The notes below the pieces were generated by a model, which was not told the DNA's origin, ran no database searches, and was given only the letters and a program-made list of their open reading frames with translations. Shown here piece by piece: positions 49,195 through 62,840 of a DNA stretch of 64,000 nucleotides; position 1 is the stretch's first letter; each line of letters begins with the position of its first letter. Source of the stretch: Antedon mediterranea (taxonomy: Eukaryota; Animalia; Echinodermata). Both the position numbers and the translations under genes were made by a program. The stretch lies in NCBI RefSeq assembly GCF_964355755.1, contig NC_092672.1, positions 10,106,001 through 10,170,000 on the forward strand. Reading direction: 5' to 3'.

Positions 49195-51215
49195 TGAGTC
49201 AGTAGTTCACTATGTCGGTCGGTCGGTCTGTCTGTCGGTCTGTCTGTCTGTCGGTCCGGTATCACTATGCGTTTTATCGCTTTTCTGTACTTTTTGAACT
49301 GTTTTGATGTCAACATGTTGGCATTTACGTGAAATTGTGCACCTCCTATTAATATTGTGAATGACGTTAGAGTTGCGCAACGTGATTTACGCGCGATTTA
49401 ACGATTTTCTCGTATTTAACATACGGTAGGTCAAAAACCAAATAACATTTTAAATTGAAACTTTGCAAAAGTTTAATTTATATCAGGCGCTAACTTTCTG
49501 TTGGAAAAAATGTGTTTTACACAAAGTTACGCGTGCACGCGCATTTAAAATTTTAAAATGCGCAAAATAAATTTTTAATCAACTTTCTACGCGTTTCTTG
49601 TCATTTTGAGCATGTCAAAAATTCCCATACGCGCGCAAATTTTTACGCGCGCGGTGCGCACGTAGCGTTGAATAATACTTTTTTTCGCGATATTTATGTT
49701 TTTGCAGGCTTTTCTAATAGTTTTACCAACTTAATAGGGATTTGGAAGATGTAAACATGAATACGCATGCGTATAAGCTAACGCTTTCGATTCGCGCTAA
49801 CAAATTCGCCTAGTGGAAAATCAGCTTTAAACAATTTCGACTTAAAATTACGTTATACGAGCACGTCGAATTGGAAAATTTGCGCACGTTTTTTTTGAAA
49901 AAGTTCAAAAATTCGTCAAAATTATGCCTTTTTAGTCGCGTGGACGCGACTCTATAGTTCACTATTTCGGTCGGTCGGTCTGTCTGTCTGTCGGTCTGTC
50001 TGTCGGTCCGGTATCACTATGCATTGTAGCACGCGACGATGGCTGTTGGCCTGATTTTTTTTTATATATTGGAATGGGATTGAAATAACCAGTAAAGTTG
50101 GTGGATTTTTCGTCCAGATGGTTTTCTAATTTTTTATAGCCAGAGGCGTATAAGTTAATTGCCACACGCGACCTCACAGTTAGAATTCGCGGATCTCCCG
50201 GAAAACTTCCCAACGTGGTCCGTGAAAGTTATCATTATCATAAAGCAGACGTTGAACATTATCAGAGCATGGAGTAAAGAATAATTATGGATGTCGCCTG
50301 TGGTTTATAGACTTATTCTTGAGAAACGGGCTCTGTTTAAAAAAGCTCGTAGATTAAGCAGTATTTGGCTTGGAATAAATACAACTGTATACGAAATAAA
50401 GTACGCAACGCATCTAAGAAAGCATACAGTGACTCCATTACCAATCTGTTTAGAAAGAAAGATAACCGGAAGTCATTTTGGTCTTTTATAAAAAGCAAGC
50501 GAAATTCATCTCAACTCATACCATAAGACACCCTACTCAAATCGCCAACAAGTTCAACAAGTTGTTTGTGAGTTTTTTACTGGCTCCCCTAATTATGTGA
50601 GCCTCACTTCACCAACTTTGGACATTCCATCTCTTGCCGGTTTTCGTGTTTCACGTTGTCAGGTGGAATCTTTTATCAAAAACTTCGCAGCTAATAAAGC
50701 TTCTGGTCCTGATGGTGTGAGTGTTCGGATGCTTAAACTCGCTTGTCCGGCAATTATTCCGGCTATCACACATTTTTAGTAGCGTGGACGCGACTCTATA
50801 GTTCACTATGTCGGTCGGTCTGTCGGTCTGTCTGTCGGTCCAGTATCACTATGCGTTTTATCGCTTTTCTGTACTTTTTGAACTGTTTTGATGTACAGAC
50901 AATTAGTTGCGTGGGTGGACGCGACTCTATAGTTCACTGTCGGTCGGTCGGTCTGTCAGTCTGTCGGTCTGTCTGTCGGTCCAGTATCACTATGCATTTT
51001 ATCGCTTTTCTGTACTTTTTTAACTGTTTTGATGTAGAGACAATTAGTTGCGTGGGTGGACGCGACTCTATAGTTCACTGTCGGTCGGTCTGTCGGTCTG
51101 TCTGTCGGTCCGGTATCACTATGCGTTTTATCGCTTTTCCTGTACTTTTTGAACTGTTTTGATGTACAGACAATTAGTCGCGTGGACGCGACTTATGGCT
51201 GTTGGCCTTGTTTTA
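49195..51215. mobile_element. DINE-1/Helentron-like non-autonomous repeats with GTCY microsatellite; tandem ~125-bp units at 50775-51215
   Basis: GTCGCGTGGACGCGAC hairpin + TCTATAGTTCACT + (GTCG/GTCT)n; T-rich insertion sites; copies at ~49200, ~49930 and 50775-51215. Confidence 0.65.
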
Positions 51216-51235
51216 ACCAATCGCTGTTTAATATG

Positions 51236-52273
51236 ACAAAATCGAATATCACGTGACGTTTATTAGACGGTTGTAAAACTAAGACTATTTATTTCTTTTT
51301 CTCTTCTTCTTTTATGGAATTCAATAATTGCAATGATCTCCTAGCCGCGCCTGTGTCTTGCATAATAAATTTTTATTTTATTTTATTTTTTTATTTTATT
51401 CAATCGAAACCAACAGCGATAATTACCGCCACTAACAGGTTTGATACAAACAAAGCCAGGACTGTTTAAAGCACCTTGATTGGTCCTGATATTGATCAAG
51501 GGCTTCTCTCGTCCAGTGCCCACCTTGACCAGAGGTCTGAGGCAGATACTAGATGCAGGGGCTGCCATACACACCACGGAGCATTCACAGAGATGTGTAG
51601 CGGTTAAAATAAGTACAGTATGTCAAACACAAAAGAAATCTTAGAGTCGATGGCCTTAGTTTTACAGCCGTCTAATAAACGTCACGTGATATTCGTTTTT
51701 TATCGATAAGTGGCGGTATAATTTACGAAATATTTGACTGCATGACAATTGGTGTGTACTGCATGACGATTGGTGTGTACTGCATGACGATTGGTGTGTA
51801 CTGCATGACCATTGGTGTGTACTGCATGACGATTGGTGTGCACTGCATGATGTTTGGTGTGTACTGCATGATGTTTGGTGTGTACTGCATGATGTTTGGT
51901 GTGTACTGCATGACGATTGGTGTGTACTGCATGATGTTTGGTATGTACTGCATGATGTTTGGTGTGTACTGCATGACCATTGGTGTGTACTGCATGATGT
52001 TTGGTGTGTACTGCATGATCGATGTTTGGTGTGTACTGCATGACGATTGGTGTGTACTGCATGATGTTTGGTGTGTACTGCATGATGTTTGGTGTGTACT
52101 GCATGATGTTTGGTGTGTACTGCATGACGATTGGTGTGTAGGCCTACTGCATGATGTTTGGTGTGTACTGCATGACCATTGGTGTGTACTGCATGACCAT
52201 TGGTGTGTACTGCATGACCATTGGTGTGTACTGCATGATAAATGTGAACTGAAGGCAGAGGAGGCGTTCCATA
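51236..52273. mobile_element. Foldback element with 21-bp satellite arm; left arm truncated
   Basis: Right arm 51657-52273 closely matches 62424-62840; inverted remnant at 51236-51285. Confidence 0.8.
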
Positions 52274-53234
52274 TGCCACAAGGGTCTGTTTTGGGTCCGT
52301 TGCTTTTTGTCATGTATGCTAATATGACCTTCATCTATACATTACATCTAGTATTATACAATACGCTGATGATGTGTTCATTTTTCGCAATGTTAGCACT
52401 AGGGATTCAGATCCAAATATTCAAAAAGATTTAACGTCTATTGATTCTTGGGCAAACAAAAAAATTGCCTCAAACTGAATCCCAATAAATGAAAATCTAT
52501 GCGACTTATTTGGAGAAGAGGATATCCCAAACCTATATAGGCTGATACACTTTTAGATTGTAATGATTCATTAAACATTTTAGGCTGCTCAATACAAAGT
52601 AACTTGTCATAGGACAATCAAGTTCAGGATGCAGTACGGTATCAATTTGTAACCGTCTTATTGGTCTTATACGGTTAATCACATCTAATGCCCCTTAGTA
52701 GTGAAGCTTTCCATCTTTATAAGACACTTGTGCTGCCATGCTTATATTATTGTTCCCCAGTGTAGTGGGTGTACCGTAAAAAAACATATAAATATTCTAG
52801 AATCCGTTCAGAGGAGAGCTACCTGCATGATCTTAAAGAAAGGTTATTTAGATCAACATTATATAAATAGAAGAAAGGAGTTAGGTCTAATTTAGTAGAG
52901 AATAGGCGTGATTTCTTAAACATGACATTCATTGCCAATATAATAATTTCTCCACGATCTGATTTTATGAGTGAATATGTTGATTCTTTTTTAGTTAATA
53001 ACCGACACCTAGATATACTCACCTTTCATCATGGTAGAGCTCGTACTGATGCTTTTAAATACTCAGGGAACGGTTTGCTAAAATGTTTTCAGAACTTGGT
53101 GCTACGATCAGAAACAATCTTATTGAAGAGTCGTTTTTTAAGTTTAAACACAGTTTAAAGCAACATTTTATAGATTTTTAACTTTTCATATTTTTATTAA
53201 CATGATTTTTTTTAGATTGTACATACTCTGAATT

Positions 53235-53392
53235 TTTAACTTTTTAACTTTTATACAATCAGAAATTTCAACTTTTATACAATCAGAATTTTTAACTTTT
53301 ATACAATCAGAATTTTTAACTTTTAGGCCTATACAATCAGAATTTTTAACTTTTATACAATCAGAATTTTTAACTTTTACACAATCAGATTG
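53235..53392. repeat. Short tandem repeat (TTTTAACTTTTATACAATCAGAAT)n
   Basis: Directly visible, about 6 units. Confidence 0.9.
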
Positions 53393-56300
53393 TTCAGATA
53401 GCAATTGCATTTTTATAACACTTTTGTTAACACTTTATTATAGCATATTTTTCTATGTATTTTTCTAAATTTGTTAATGTCGGTTTTATTGTATCGTCCA
53501 AGTTGACAGGGGCTGGTCAAGCACATCACAAGATGACAGTTTTATTACTTTTGCTTTTCCGCTACTCCCCTGTTATACTTATATGTTTGTTTGTTTCTGC
53601 TATGTAGAAAGATTGAAAATAAAATAAAACGGGCCCATTCGTGTCTTTATATGTACTATAGTCCTGCTGTACGTACATAAATCGTTTTTTTAGACTGAAA
53701 TTACTATGTATTCGAGAACCATTACATGTTAAAATGTTAAAAACTGTAAAAACAATTATTATAGAGAAAATAAAATGTCCAACATGTGGAAATTTTGCTC
53801 AGAAGCGACATTGGAATATATGTTGTCCGAAATAGAGAAATTCAGATTTGTCCATAATTAACGATGAGTGGACAGACCAAAAAAAAGCTGTTGAATATGA
53901 GATGTATCCAAAATGTGGAAATCTTGTCCAGAATAGCGACAGTTATAAAAATGTTTATAATAGGAAAATTACTTTACGAAATGTGGACATTGTATCGTCC
54001 AAAACAGAAACACAGTCAAACGTACAATTTATATTTTGAATTCATTTACAATGAGAGTGTATGTCGAGAGTGAGGATGTACGGTACTATATTAAATTCCA
54101 ATTATTCACACAAATATATCTAATATAGTTTCTCTATTTTGAACACAACATCACCAGTCACTATCGTCTATATACCAAATTTCCACGTTTTGACAAACCA
54201 CTATTTCTCTGTATACTATTAGTCAGCTCTTTTTGGACACAACACTGTCAATATTCTGAACACAATGTCCACATTTTAGGCAAATCAGCATTTATCTATA
54301 TTTTAGTAGACAAAGATAAAACAAATCAACTGGACGAAATTTTTTACTGAATGTCCACTTTTTTAAACACATCAGTATTTGTCTTAAATACAGTTACTCA
54401 ATTTTGCACATGAAATAGCGCCACCAATAATTTATATTCTGGGAAATAAAGAATTTCCTCATTTTGGATAAACAATTTTCTATTTTGGACATAACTCACC
54501 ATTTTCTCCCTCTCTATACATTCCAGTAAACATGTGCTTAAACTCAGGGTTCTAACTGGTTGTTGATTTAATGGGAACAAGCTGGATTTATTTTACTAAA
54601 AATTAACACCAGTTATCACGGTAAACAAGTAACTTAACACCAGTTACCAGTTAATTCCAACTGGTTTAAACTGGAATGTTTAACTGATTTCAACTTGAAT
54701 TTTCTTCTGGGATACTCAATTTCGGATCGACCAATTATGTCCAAAATCATTGTATATTGTATATAATTGTGTACGCCGTACATGCAGAATCGTCGATGTT
54801 TCATCCTAATAAATAAATAAACACAGACAATACGAATATTATACGTCACACATGCAGTAAGGTCTTAGCGAATCATCTGCATGCGGGTATCGCTAATACT
54901 ATTTTTGCGAAACCCGTCACGTTCTATATTGAAAGACTATTGTTGAATAAGAAGTATATTGTTAACCGAATGAAAATAACGTATATTTCATTGGCGAATG
55001 ATGCACGCTCATTTCCAAACTAACAGGATCGAGTCAGAGGCATTGGAACGTTGGCTAGTGATTATCCTGTGACTCATTGAAGGACCTTACGCGATCGCAT
55101 TAGTGACGGCGTGTATTTCACGTCGCTTTTTTTTTCTATAGTTGATTGTTTTTGCGACGACTCAAGATAAGACGCGAAATATGGAGATCATTATTCGTAA
55201 TTAACTAGAATATTGTCAAATGACATGCATGTTTGCATGGTTAATAAGTAATACGAATCTATTACCTGGATGTTGTGACTGCGTGGTTGAGAAAATACTT
55301 TATATACGTACGACTGAGTGACTAATTCGCAGACCTGGAAACAAATCATTAGGCCTCTCGATCGTCTAGGCGCCATCTGTTCTTTTACACAGATGATGTG
55401 CTCAAGTTAGCAAGAATGAGTATTTTATTCTTTCTGTTTGTGTTTTATATTACTGGACTCGATATACTTCAGCCTACTTTCAGTTTGGAATTCTACCCGA
55501 AAAGTAAGTGAGATTCTTCTTATTACTAGTATTAATATTAAGTGTCACGTGACACAGTGTATTATATTTCACACTAATGCTCGACTTTGTATATTTAACA
55601 GAGAATTGTCAATACACTAGTGGGTATGATAACATTATTAATCATTAATAATTCTTAGTATGCCAATTACTAATGTGCTTTTAACACGCAATGATAAAAA
55701 AGTCGAATGGTATAAAATTTAAGAATATATCATTGCATGTAGTGTTCGGATGTACGTGCGCGTGTACGTGTGTAAGTGTGTTTTTTTTTCTTTTTGCGCC
55801 GCGTAAAAGAACATCAGAAAATTGCTGTAGCAAGCACACGTGTAACGGGAAACGAACATGTTGAAATATGTTTGGATATAAGATGACATTACAACCTTTT
55901 TCAGCGCAGTGGAAGAGTGATCGTGCAACGCAAGAAGTGAATTAACCAATCACAAGCGACATTTCAGATTGTCATCAATTACTTGCGTTGCGTTCAAGCG
56001 AGATCCATTAAACATCACTTGCAAGAATGAAAAAGCTTAAATGTTTTTAAATTGTATTCTCCATTTTATATTCCGGCAAAAATCAAATAAAAAAACAAAC
56101 ATATGGGGCACAAATGCTCCATGACACTTAGTGTTCTCTTTTTGTGTACAATCGATAATTGAATAATTATCTATTATGCCTATATTTTAATAAGATCGTT
56201 ACACAAACTGGTTCTTCTAAAGGATACTAATCCACAATAAATAGCGGCATTAAAATGTAATACTATTTCGTTGAACAGAAAGTCTGTAGCAGTTATAATT

Positions 56301-58904
56301 TTGAATAATATTCCTTCGTCATTAACACCAACAGGACAGATTGAGTGCGTGTTTATGTATTAATATTCATAATTAATGTCCTTGACTACCAATAACACAC
56401 GCAATATAATTGGGTCAATATTGACAAAATATTTCTACAACAAATTACAAAATAAAATGAGTCATATGTCGTGATACAGTAGTTGCAATAATAATGTACA
56501 CTTTATATTGTTGTATTCAACCTTCGCATGATTAGAAATAGAGATACTAACATCAGTTTCTTTTACTGTAAAACAAGCGTAAAATAATTGCGACGACTCA
56601 GGTGATCATTGACCACACGTTTTGTGAATTCAATCACAGAATTATGACGAGAATGTTGTTTGCATAAGTAAGACATACTAACGTCATTACCATTTAATGT
56701 AGAGTTGATTATCATGTATTGCCATCCGCACAGCCAGTCAAATATTAATTTCTACACAAATTGATTGATCACGGGTTCTCAACACGAGCTTTCGGTCATT
56801 TGGTAATTATTATTAATATAAAGTGATTAAAATTATGATGACAATAAATGCTGAAAAAATCGCAACAAAAATATTAAATGTCTTATAACATACTAAATGT
56901 TGTCATTTATTTCTTGAAGGCTTCTCACTTTTACTATTTAATGTATAAATTAAACCTTCATCAACGTAGGCCTAATCTTAAACTTACATAGGCTCTGTAA
57001 GATAATTCAGCTGACAATCGGTACGCGCTTAAGTAGGTCTAGGCCTAATGTGATCAAAATCAACTAATTGTCTATCTGCATGTAAAGCCACATTTCCGGA
57101 ATAGTTTAATTTACAACAATATTAAGGTTATGAAATCACTTATGTAGCATTCGTAATTGTCGAATAAAAAAACAAATTCTTCGAGTTCTTGTCGTTTGGC
57201 TATGCATATACTTTGTAATCAGGTCTTGTTTTTCTGTTGCGGAAAGATGGAGACACTAACCAATGTTGTCATACTTTCTGAAATGATTTAACCTAGTGGG
57301 CGTTAACTAATTTAGTGAAAAAATGTGTTCCTACGTACTAATGAGGTGGTCGGCTACCGTAATGCATGTGTTCAATTCTTATCAGGATTGTTTCTACGAC
57401 CAAAAAACAAAACATCTCAACACTATAAGACTTTTTCAAGACTGTTAGTGTGGATTATGTGTTTTTCTTCTGTGAAACGGATGTATCCCTGGAGGGCACA
57501 GTGTCTGTCTGAAAGCCTAGGCAAATTTCAGGAAACATTGACGAGTATTTATGATAATAATGTATACATTTTAATTTTATTGAAACCTAATAGATGTCAT
57601 CGTGTAGACGAAGAAGAGTTTGTTTAATGTTTGCTAGGGGAGTACACACTCTTATTTTATACATCAGTACATTTAATGAGATAAACCATTTTATTTGACA
57701 TAGCCTCCTAAGTTTTCGTAATAGCAATTCTAATTCTGCCACACATGATCAGTGATCATGTTAAATTGGGTAAGTGCTCAGCTGTCATGATTGTTGCTGC
57801 CGCATCAAAGTTGATTGTCTTTTAGTAGGCCTAAACATGTAATGTACATTATGTACATAATGTACATGCCTAGGGTCACAATCCAGTTAAACACACCGTA
57901 GTAAGAAGAATTAGATGTGTTTGGTGTATTCAAGAAAAATATAGTGCATCCAACCATCCTGATCCAACATACATTGTGCGGTACGGTTCTTTAATAGTAA
58001 GATTTACAGTATTTCGACTACTTTTAGAGCATTACATAAATAATACATAGTACATTTTCTACCAATAGAATTATTTCCAAAATATAAGCATGTCAACACT
58101 ATATAGGCCTATGTGTGATTCTCGAGAAATACACACAGGCCGAATCCACTTGTAACCGTATCATATTAATCATCCGTCTGTCATATACATTATTAAATAA
58201 AGTCTGGAACACAATTAATAATTAAATTCATAATAATAAAATATGAATAATCTAGTCGACTATCAAGATTATTATTATTAGTAATAACCAAATTAATAAC
58301 CAAATTAATTCAATGTTCTATGCATTATGTTAATTCCCTTTTAATTAAATTTTAATAAATTACTTATTGGAAAACAATATTGTGATGGTGAGATTTTGTT
58401 GCAGCAGCAGATTGACTGAAAATCCATTAAAGACTCATAACACAAACAAAAATGTAACAGGTCCTTATGCCGTAGCAACAAAGACACTGTTGACGTCACA
58501 AAAGATGATGTGCTTTAGATAAATATTTTTTTTGTGAAAGCGATATAGGCAAACATAATTCAAGTAATGTATACTTGTTCAATGTCTTAATACAAATAAA
58601 ATAATCGTTATACCTTTCTATTTAAATAATGGCATTACCTTTTTTTGGATTCTGATTAAATATTTAACAGTTTTGCTGAAACCGAAGGGAATTATAAATG
58701 AGAAATTAAAACAAGGAAAAATAGATAACAAAAGAACATTTGCAAGAGACTTCCTTTATTGTTTCCATTCCTATTTCTTTCTTTTGGGTCCATTCGTTCT
58801 TTGTCTTAAATAAGAAGTAACCAATCTCATTCTATTGTAGAGACATGCTAACAAAAAACATGTTCATACACCCTAAACTCTAACAAGTGTACAGTCTATA
58901 AATT

Positions 58905-59036
58905 GTTCTGCCTTGTTTTACTTTATCATTTTTGATTTAGCTTTTTGCTTATTTTATTGTTTGTATCTTCATTGCGATCCAGCCACTGATACCCACAGCA
59001 TTACCATTTTTTCAGTAATTTGTCTTTGGATTTATA
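58905..59036 (+). mobile_element. Solo Penelope pseudo-LTR 3' fragment
   Basis: GATCCAGCCACTGATACCCACAGCATT shared with 27377-27403. Confidence 0.75.
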
Positions 59037-59396
59037 ATTAATAGCTAATATATAAATAAAAAGATATCATAATATTGAAAATTACCAGGAAGCCTCTGGT
59101 CTAAGCATATCAAGCAGAAGTTTGAAGCTTTTCTCATTTTCACAAACTCATCTCTATCAGTTACAACATTTCATTTTCAATATATTTCTTGGTGGTTTAG
59201 AATGTCATCTATACCTATGAATTAAAATGATAATATAATATATAATAATAAACACAAAAGCATAACATAAATAATTGAACTAATTGCTCCAAGTTGACAG
59301 GCCTTTTAATATGCCTCCTAATCTTTGTAACATTGCTGATGTAAGTAAATTATTCATTAGTTTGCTTATATCGATAGATTAGATTATCTATATAAG

Positions 59397-59885
59397 CAAA
59401 GAACTTATAACACAAGAATCTCCTGTTCTTCAATTTGCATTCAAAACACAGTATCGGAAGTACAGGGTTAAAAGGTCAAACTGGGCGACGCCATTTCACA
59501 CAGCATGAGCAGCGCCCCCTCCAAACTAGGTAGTCAATTACTCTACCCCACCTAGAGTATTAGCAGAACCCCTCTATGATTTTGACTTTCTAATTTGATG
59601 CGGGCGCCCTACTCCTCCGTCAATTACTCTATCCCCCCAAGAGCATTAGCAGATCCCCTCTATGATTTTGACTTTCTAATTTGATGCGGGCGCCCTACTC
59701 CTCAGTCAATTACTCTATCCCCCTAGAGCATTAGCAGATCCCCTCTATGATTTTGACTTTCTAATTTGATGCGGGCGCCCTACTCCATGGTTCACAATGG
59801 CGCCACCCTATTCTATCCCACAATGCCTTTCGAAATTGTTACCCGCTTCGGACGAACAGGAGATTCTTGCGTTATAAGTTCTTTG
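59397..59885. mobile_element. P-element-like MITE with three ~85-bp internal tandem repeats
   Basis: TIR CAAAGAACTTATAAC-CAAGAATCTCCTGTTC; 7-bp TSD ATATAAG (59390-59396, 59886-59892). Confidence 0.8.
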
Positions 59886-61826
59886 ATATAAGTCGATTTC
59901 TTACTTTCCTTTGTTTCGTTTAGCTTCCGTATTCATACGGCAACTATATATTAAAAACATAATAAATCTTACAAATAATTGTAAGGAAATTTAATACGGT
60001 AGACCAATCAATAAACAACCTAAGCATACAATCATAATGAACTTGATACAATCTATATCGTGTTTCAGATAATCAGCGAAAGTTCCATTAAAAATAAATC
60101 AATTTTTAATAGATTTTCTCCAGTGGGATTTGAACCTTATTTTGATCATACACAAGAGCAACCGTTTTTTTTAATTGTAAATCTAGAAAATTTCTATTAT
60201 TGCACAAATCATGCAGAAATTAATGGTATGCCTAATGGGTAATGTCACATGTGACGCTGTATTTAATACATAAATAAAATAATTTTATAATCCAGAATTC
60301 ACATGGTATAAAGGTGAGATTTTATATGCATTGTTTGCTATCTCAGTAGGGTTGTTGCATCTCACTAATATTGATAATATATTATGATTTAGATTATCTT
60401 TGATAGCCGTATAGTATAGTGATTCTTTTTGAAATAATGAACATGACGCAATGATGTCACAAGCACCTGTCTTGAACATTTTATAACCTTAGACCTTACC
60501 GCATTTATTCATCAATGATATATTTATCACCTGCTAAAATGCTCACATGTTCTTAATGTTATTATATTATGATCACTAACATATTAAATCCCTCATATTC
60601 TCCTTTAACTATTTTGCTAGTTTTGTGTCTGTGTTGATCTCAATTCCAAACTATAGATTCTGAACTAGATTCTATTCAACCTTATCGCGCCGGCATTACT
60701 TATTGTTGACTACTAATTAATTTTACAAACAATGTGGTAAACGCAATACGTGCGTATATCAATCAAACCTAAACAAAGATAGGGAAGATTTAAAGATGTG
60801 ACGCGTCGTGAATCGTTATTCTGTCTTCCTAATTACGTCGCGTTGCGTCATAAATCGTTATTGTTCATTACTATTGCGTTTTTGCAGATATTGAGTTTGA
60901 TAGAGTTTATTGTTTATTCGTTCAATTTGCAACTCAAGTTGACTATAAACATATTTCTGTAAAAATGTTCTTGAAAATTTCCAAGATGATAGGAATAATG
61001 TGCTCTATAGCGTAAAGTGTGACACTGTCGTGAAAATTCATGTCTTTCCATTTAAAGTTTAGGAAACATTATCAATCACCATTAATGTTCAAAGTGTGCT
61101 GTTTGCTTCAAAAAGGCGTGAGCCTCTATTAGCCATTCCATTAGTAAATCTGTGTCCTGGAAATAAACTAAAGTGCAAACAGAAGTGAAATATGTTCTTG
61201 TGAATCGATCTGCATAGGAGTACCCGGGTAACCTAGATTGCTCTTTTCCTGTAATAAGTTACTTCCAACATGTCACCTGAGTTAACTCTAAAAATATTAT
61301 TTATTTTGGCTTATTCATTTGAATCGTACGCAAACAACCAGCAATCCCAACTTGAAAACATATAGTTTTGCCACTATAATGCTATAACATCAAACGGTAA
61401 ATGGCACTATAGAGCGTATTCCGAAGGTGAACTTTGCGTTGCCAACTCATTATTTCACTAATTAAAACGAATGAATGGATTATAAATATTTTACGGACCG
61501 ATAGTATATTTTTTAATCTCTTATCAATATCTAGAGTAGTAGAAATTATAAATGTATACATATCAGGAGAATTGGTTTATTTAAAATATCGGGAGCGAGA
61601 TACTCAAAATTGGGAGACTCGCACATTCGCCAATTGCATGAATGACAGTTTGCGTAAACTACACGCATAATGATTTTGGCCCAGTAAAACCGAAAAATTT
61701 AACTTCCGATCCATGAGACAGTATTTGGTAGGAGTAGCCTACCACTTAGTTAACTTAACCGTGACATTCTTTCACCATCAGTGTTACCAGCACAAGTAGG
61801 CCTCGCAAAAATATGTACCGCTAATA

Positions 61827-62840
61827 TATGGAACGCCTCTTCTGCCTTCAGTTCACATTTATCATGCAGTACACACCAAATGGTCATGCAGTACACACCA
61901 ATGGTCATGCAGTACACACCAATGGTCATGCAGTACACACCAATCGTCATGCAGTACACACCAATCGTCATGCAGTACACACCAAACATCATGCAGTACA
62001 CACCAATCGTCATGCAGTACACACCAAACATCATGCAGTACACACCAATCGTCATGCAGTACACACCAATCGTCATGCAGTACACACCAATGGTCATGCA
62101 GTACACACCAATCGTCATGCAGTACACACCAATCGTCATGCAGTACACACCAATCGTCATGCAGTCCAATATTGCGTAATTTATACCGCCACCTATCGAC
62201 AAAATCAAATATCACGTGACTTTTATTAGACGGCTGTAAAACTAAGGCTATATACAAACTTTATACTACAGCAACTCACGCTGTCTACTACTACACCGCA
62301 CGTGCTTTACGTCCTATAGATTCCAAGATTTATTTAATAGTTTTTCCAGCCATTTTAGTCATAAAGCACGTGCGGTGTAGTAGTAGACAGCGTGAGTTGC
62401 TGTAGTATAATGTTTGAATAGCCTAGTTTTACAGCCGTCTAGTAAACGTCACGTGATATTCGATTTTGTCGATAGGTGGCGGTATAAATTACGCAATATT
62501 TGACTGCATGACGATTGGTGTGTACTGCATGACGATTGGTGTGTATTGCATGACGATTGGTGTGTACTGCATGACCATTGGTTTGTACTGCATGACCATT
62601 GGTGTGTACTGCATGACGATTGGTGTGTACTGCATGACGATTGGTGTGTACTGCATGATGTTTGGTGTGTACTGCATGACGATTGGTGTGTACTGCATGA
62701 TGTTTGGTGTGTACTGCATGACGATTGGTGTGTACTGCATGACCATTGGTGTGTACTGCATGACGATTGATGTGTACTGCATGACGATTGGTGTGTACTG
62801 CATGACAAATGTGAACTGAAGGCAGAGGAGGCGTTCCATA
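61827..62840. mobile_element. ~1-kb foldback element; each arm contains a 21-bp tandem array (GGTGTGTACTGCATGACGATT variants)
   Basis: TATGGAACGCCTC...GAGGCGTTCCATA termini; arms are inverted up to a ~50-bp central loop (~62310-62360). Confidence 0.9.

Larger units (their letters stand above)
50230..53630 (+). mobile_element. Decayed LINE ORF2, fragmented by later insertions
   Basis: NKASGPDGVSVRMLK (~50690), PQGSVLGPLLF (~52277), LESVQRRAT (~52800), A-rich tail ~53620. Confidence 0.7.

Noticed and set aside
51662-52434. Long repetitive ORFs (HAVHTN, CSTHQS, MQYTP, GVYCMT repeats), also at 61750-62871
   Set aside because: They are translations of a 21-bp satellite, open in several frames on both strands, inside a foldback element; not proteins
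61860-62810. CRISPR-like appearance of regular short repeats
   Set aside because: Units are contiguous with no unique spacers, there are no cas genes, and the context is eukaryotic
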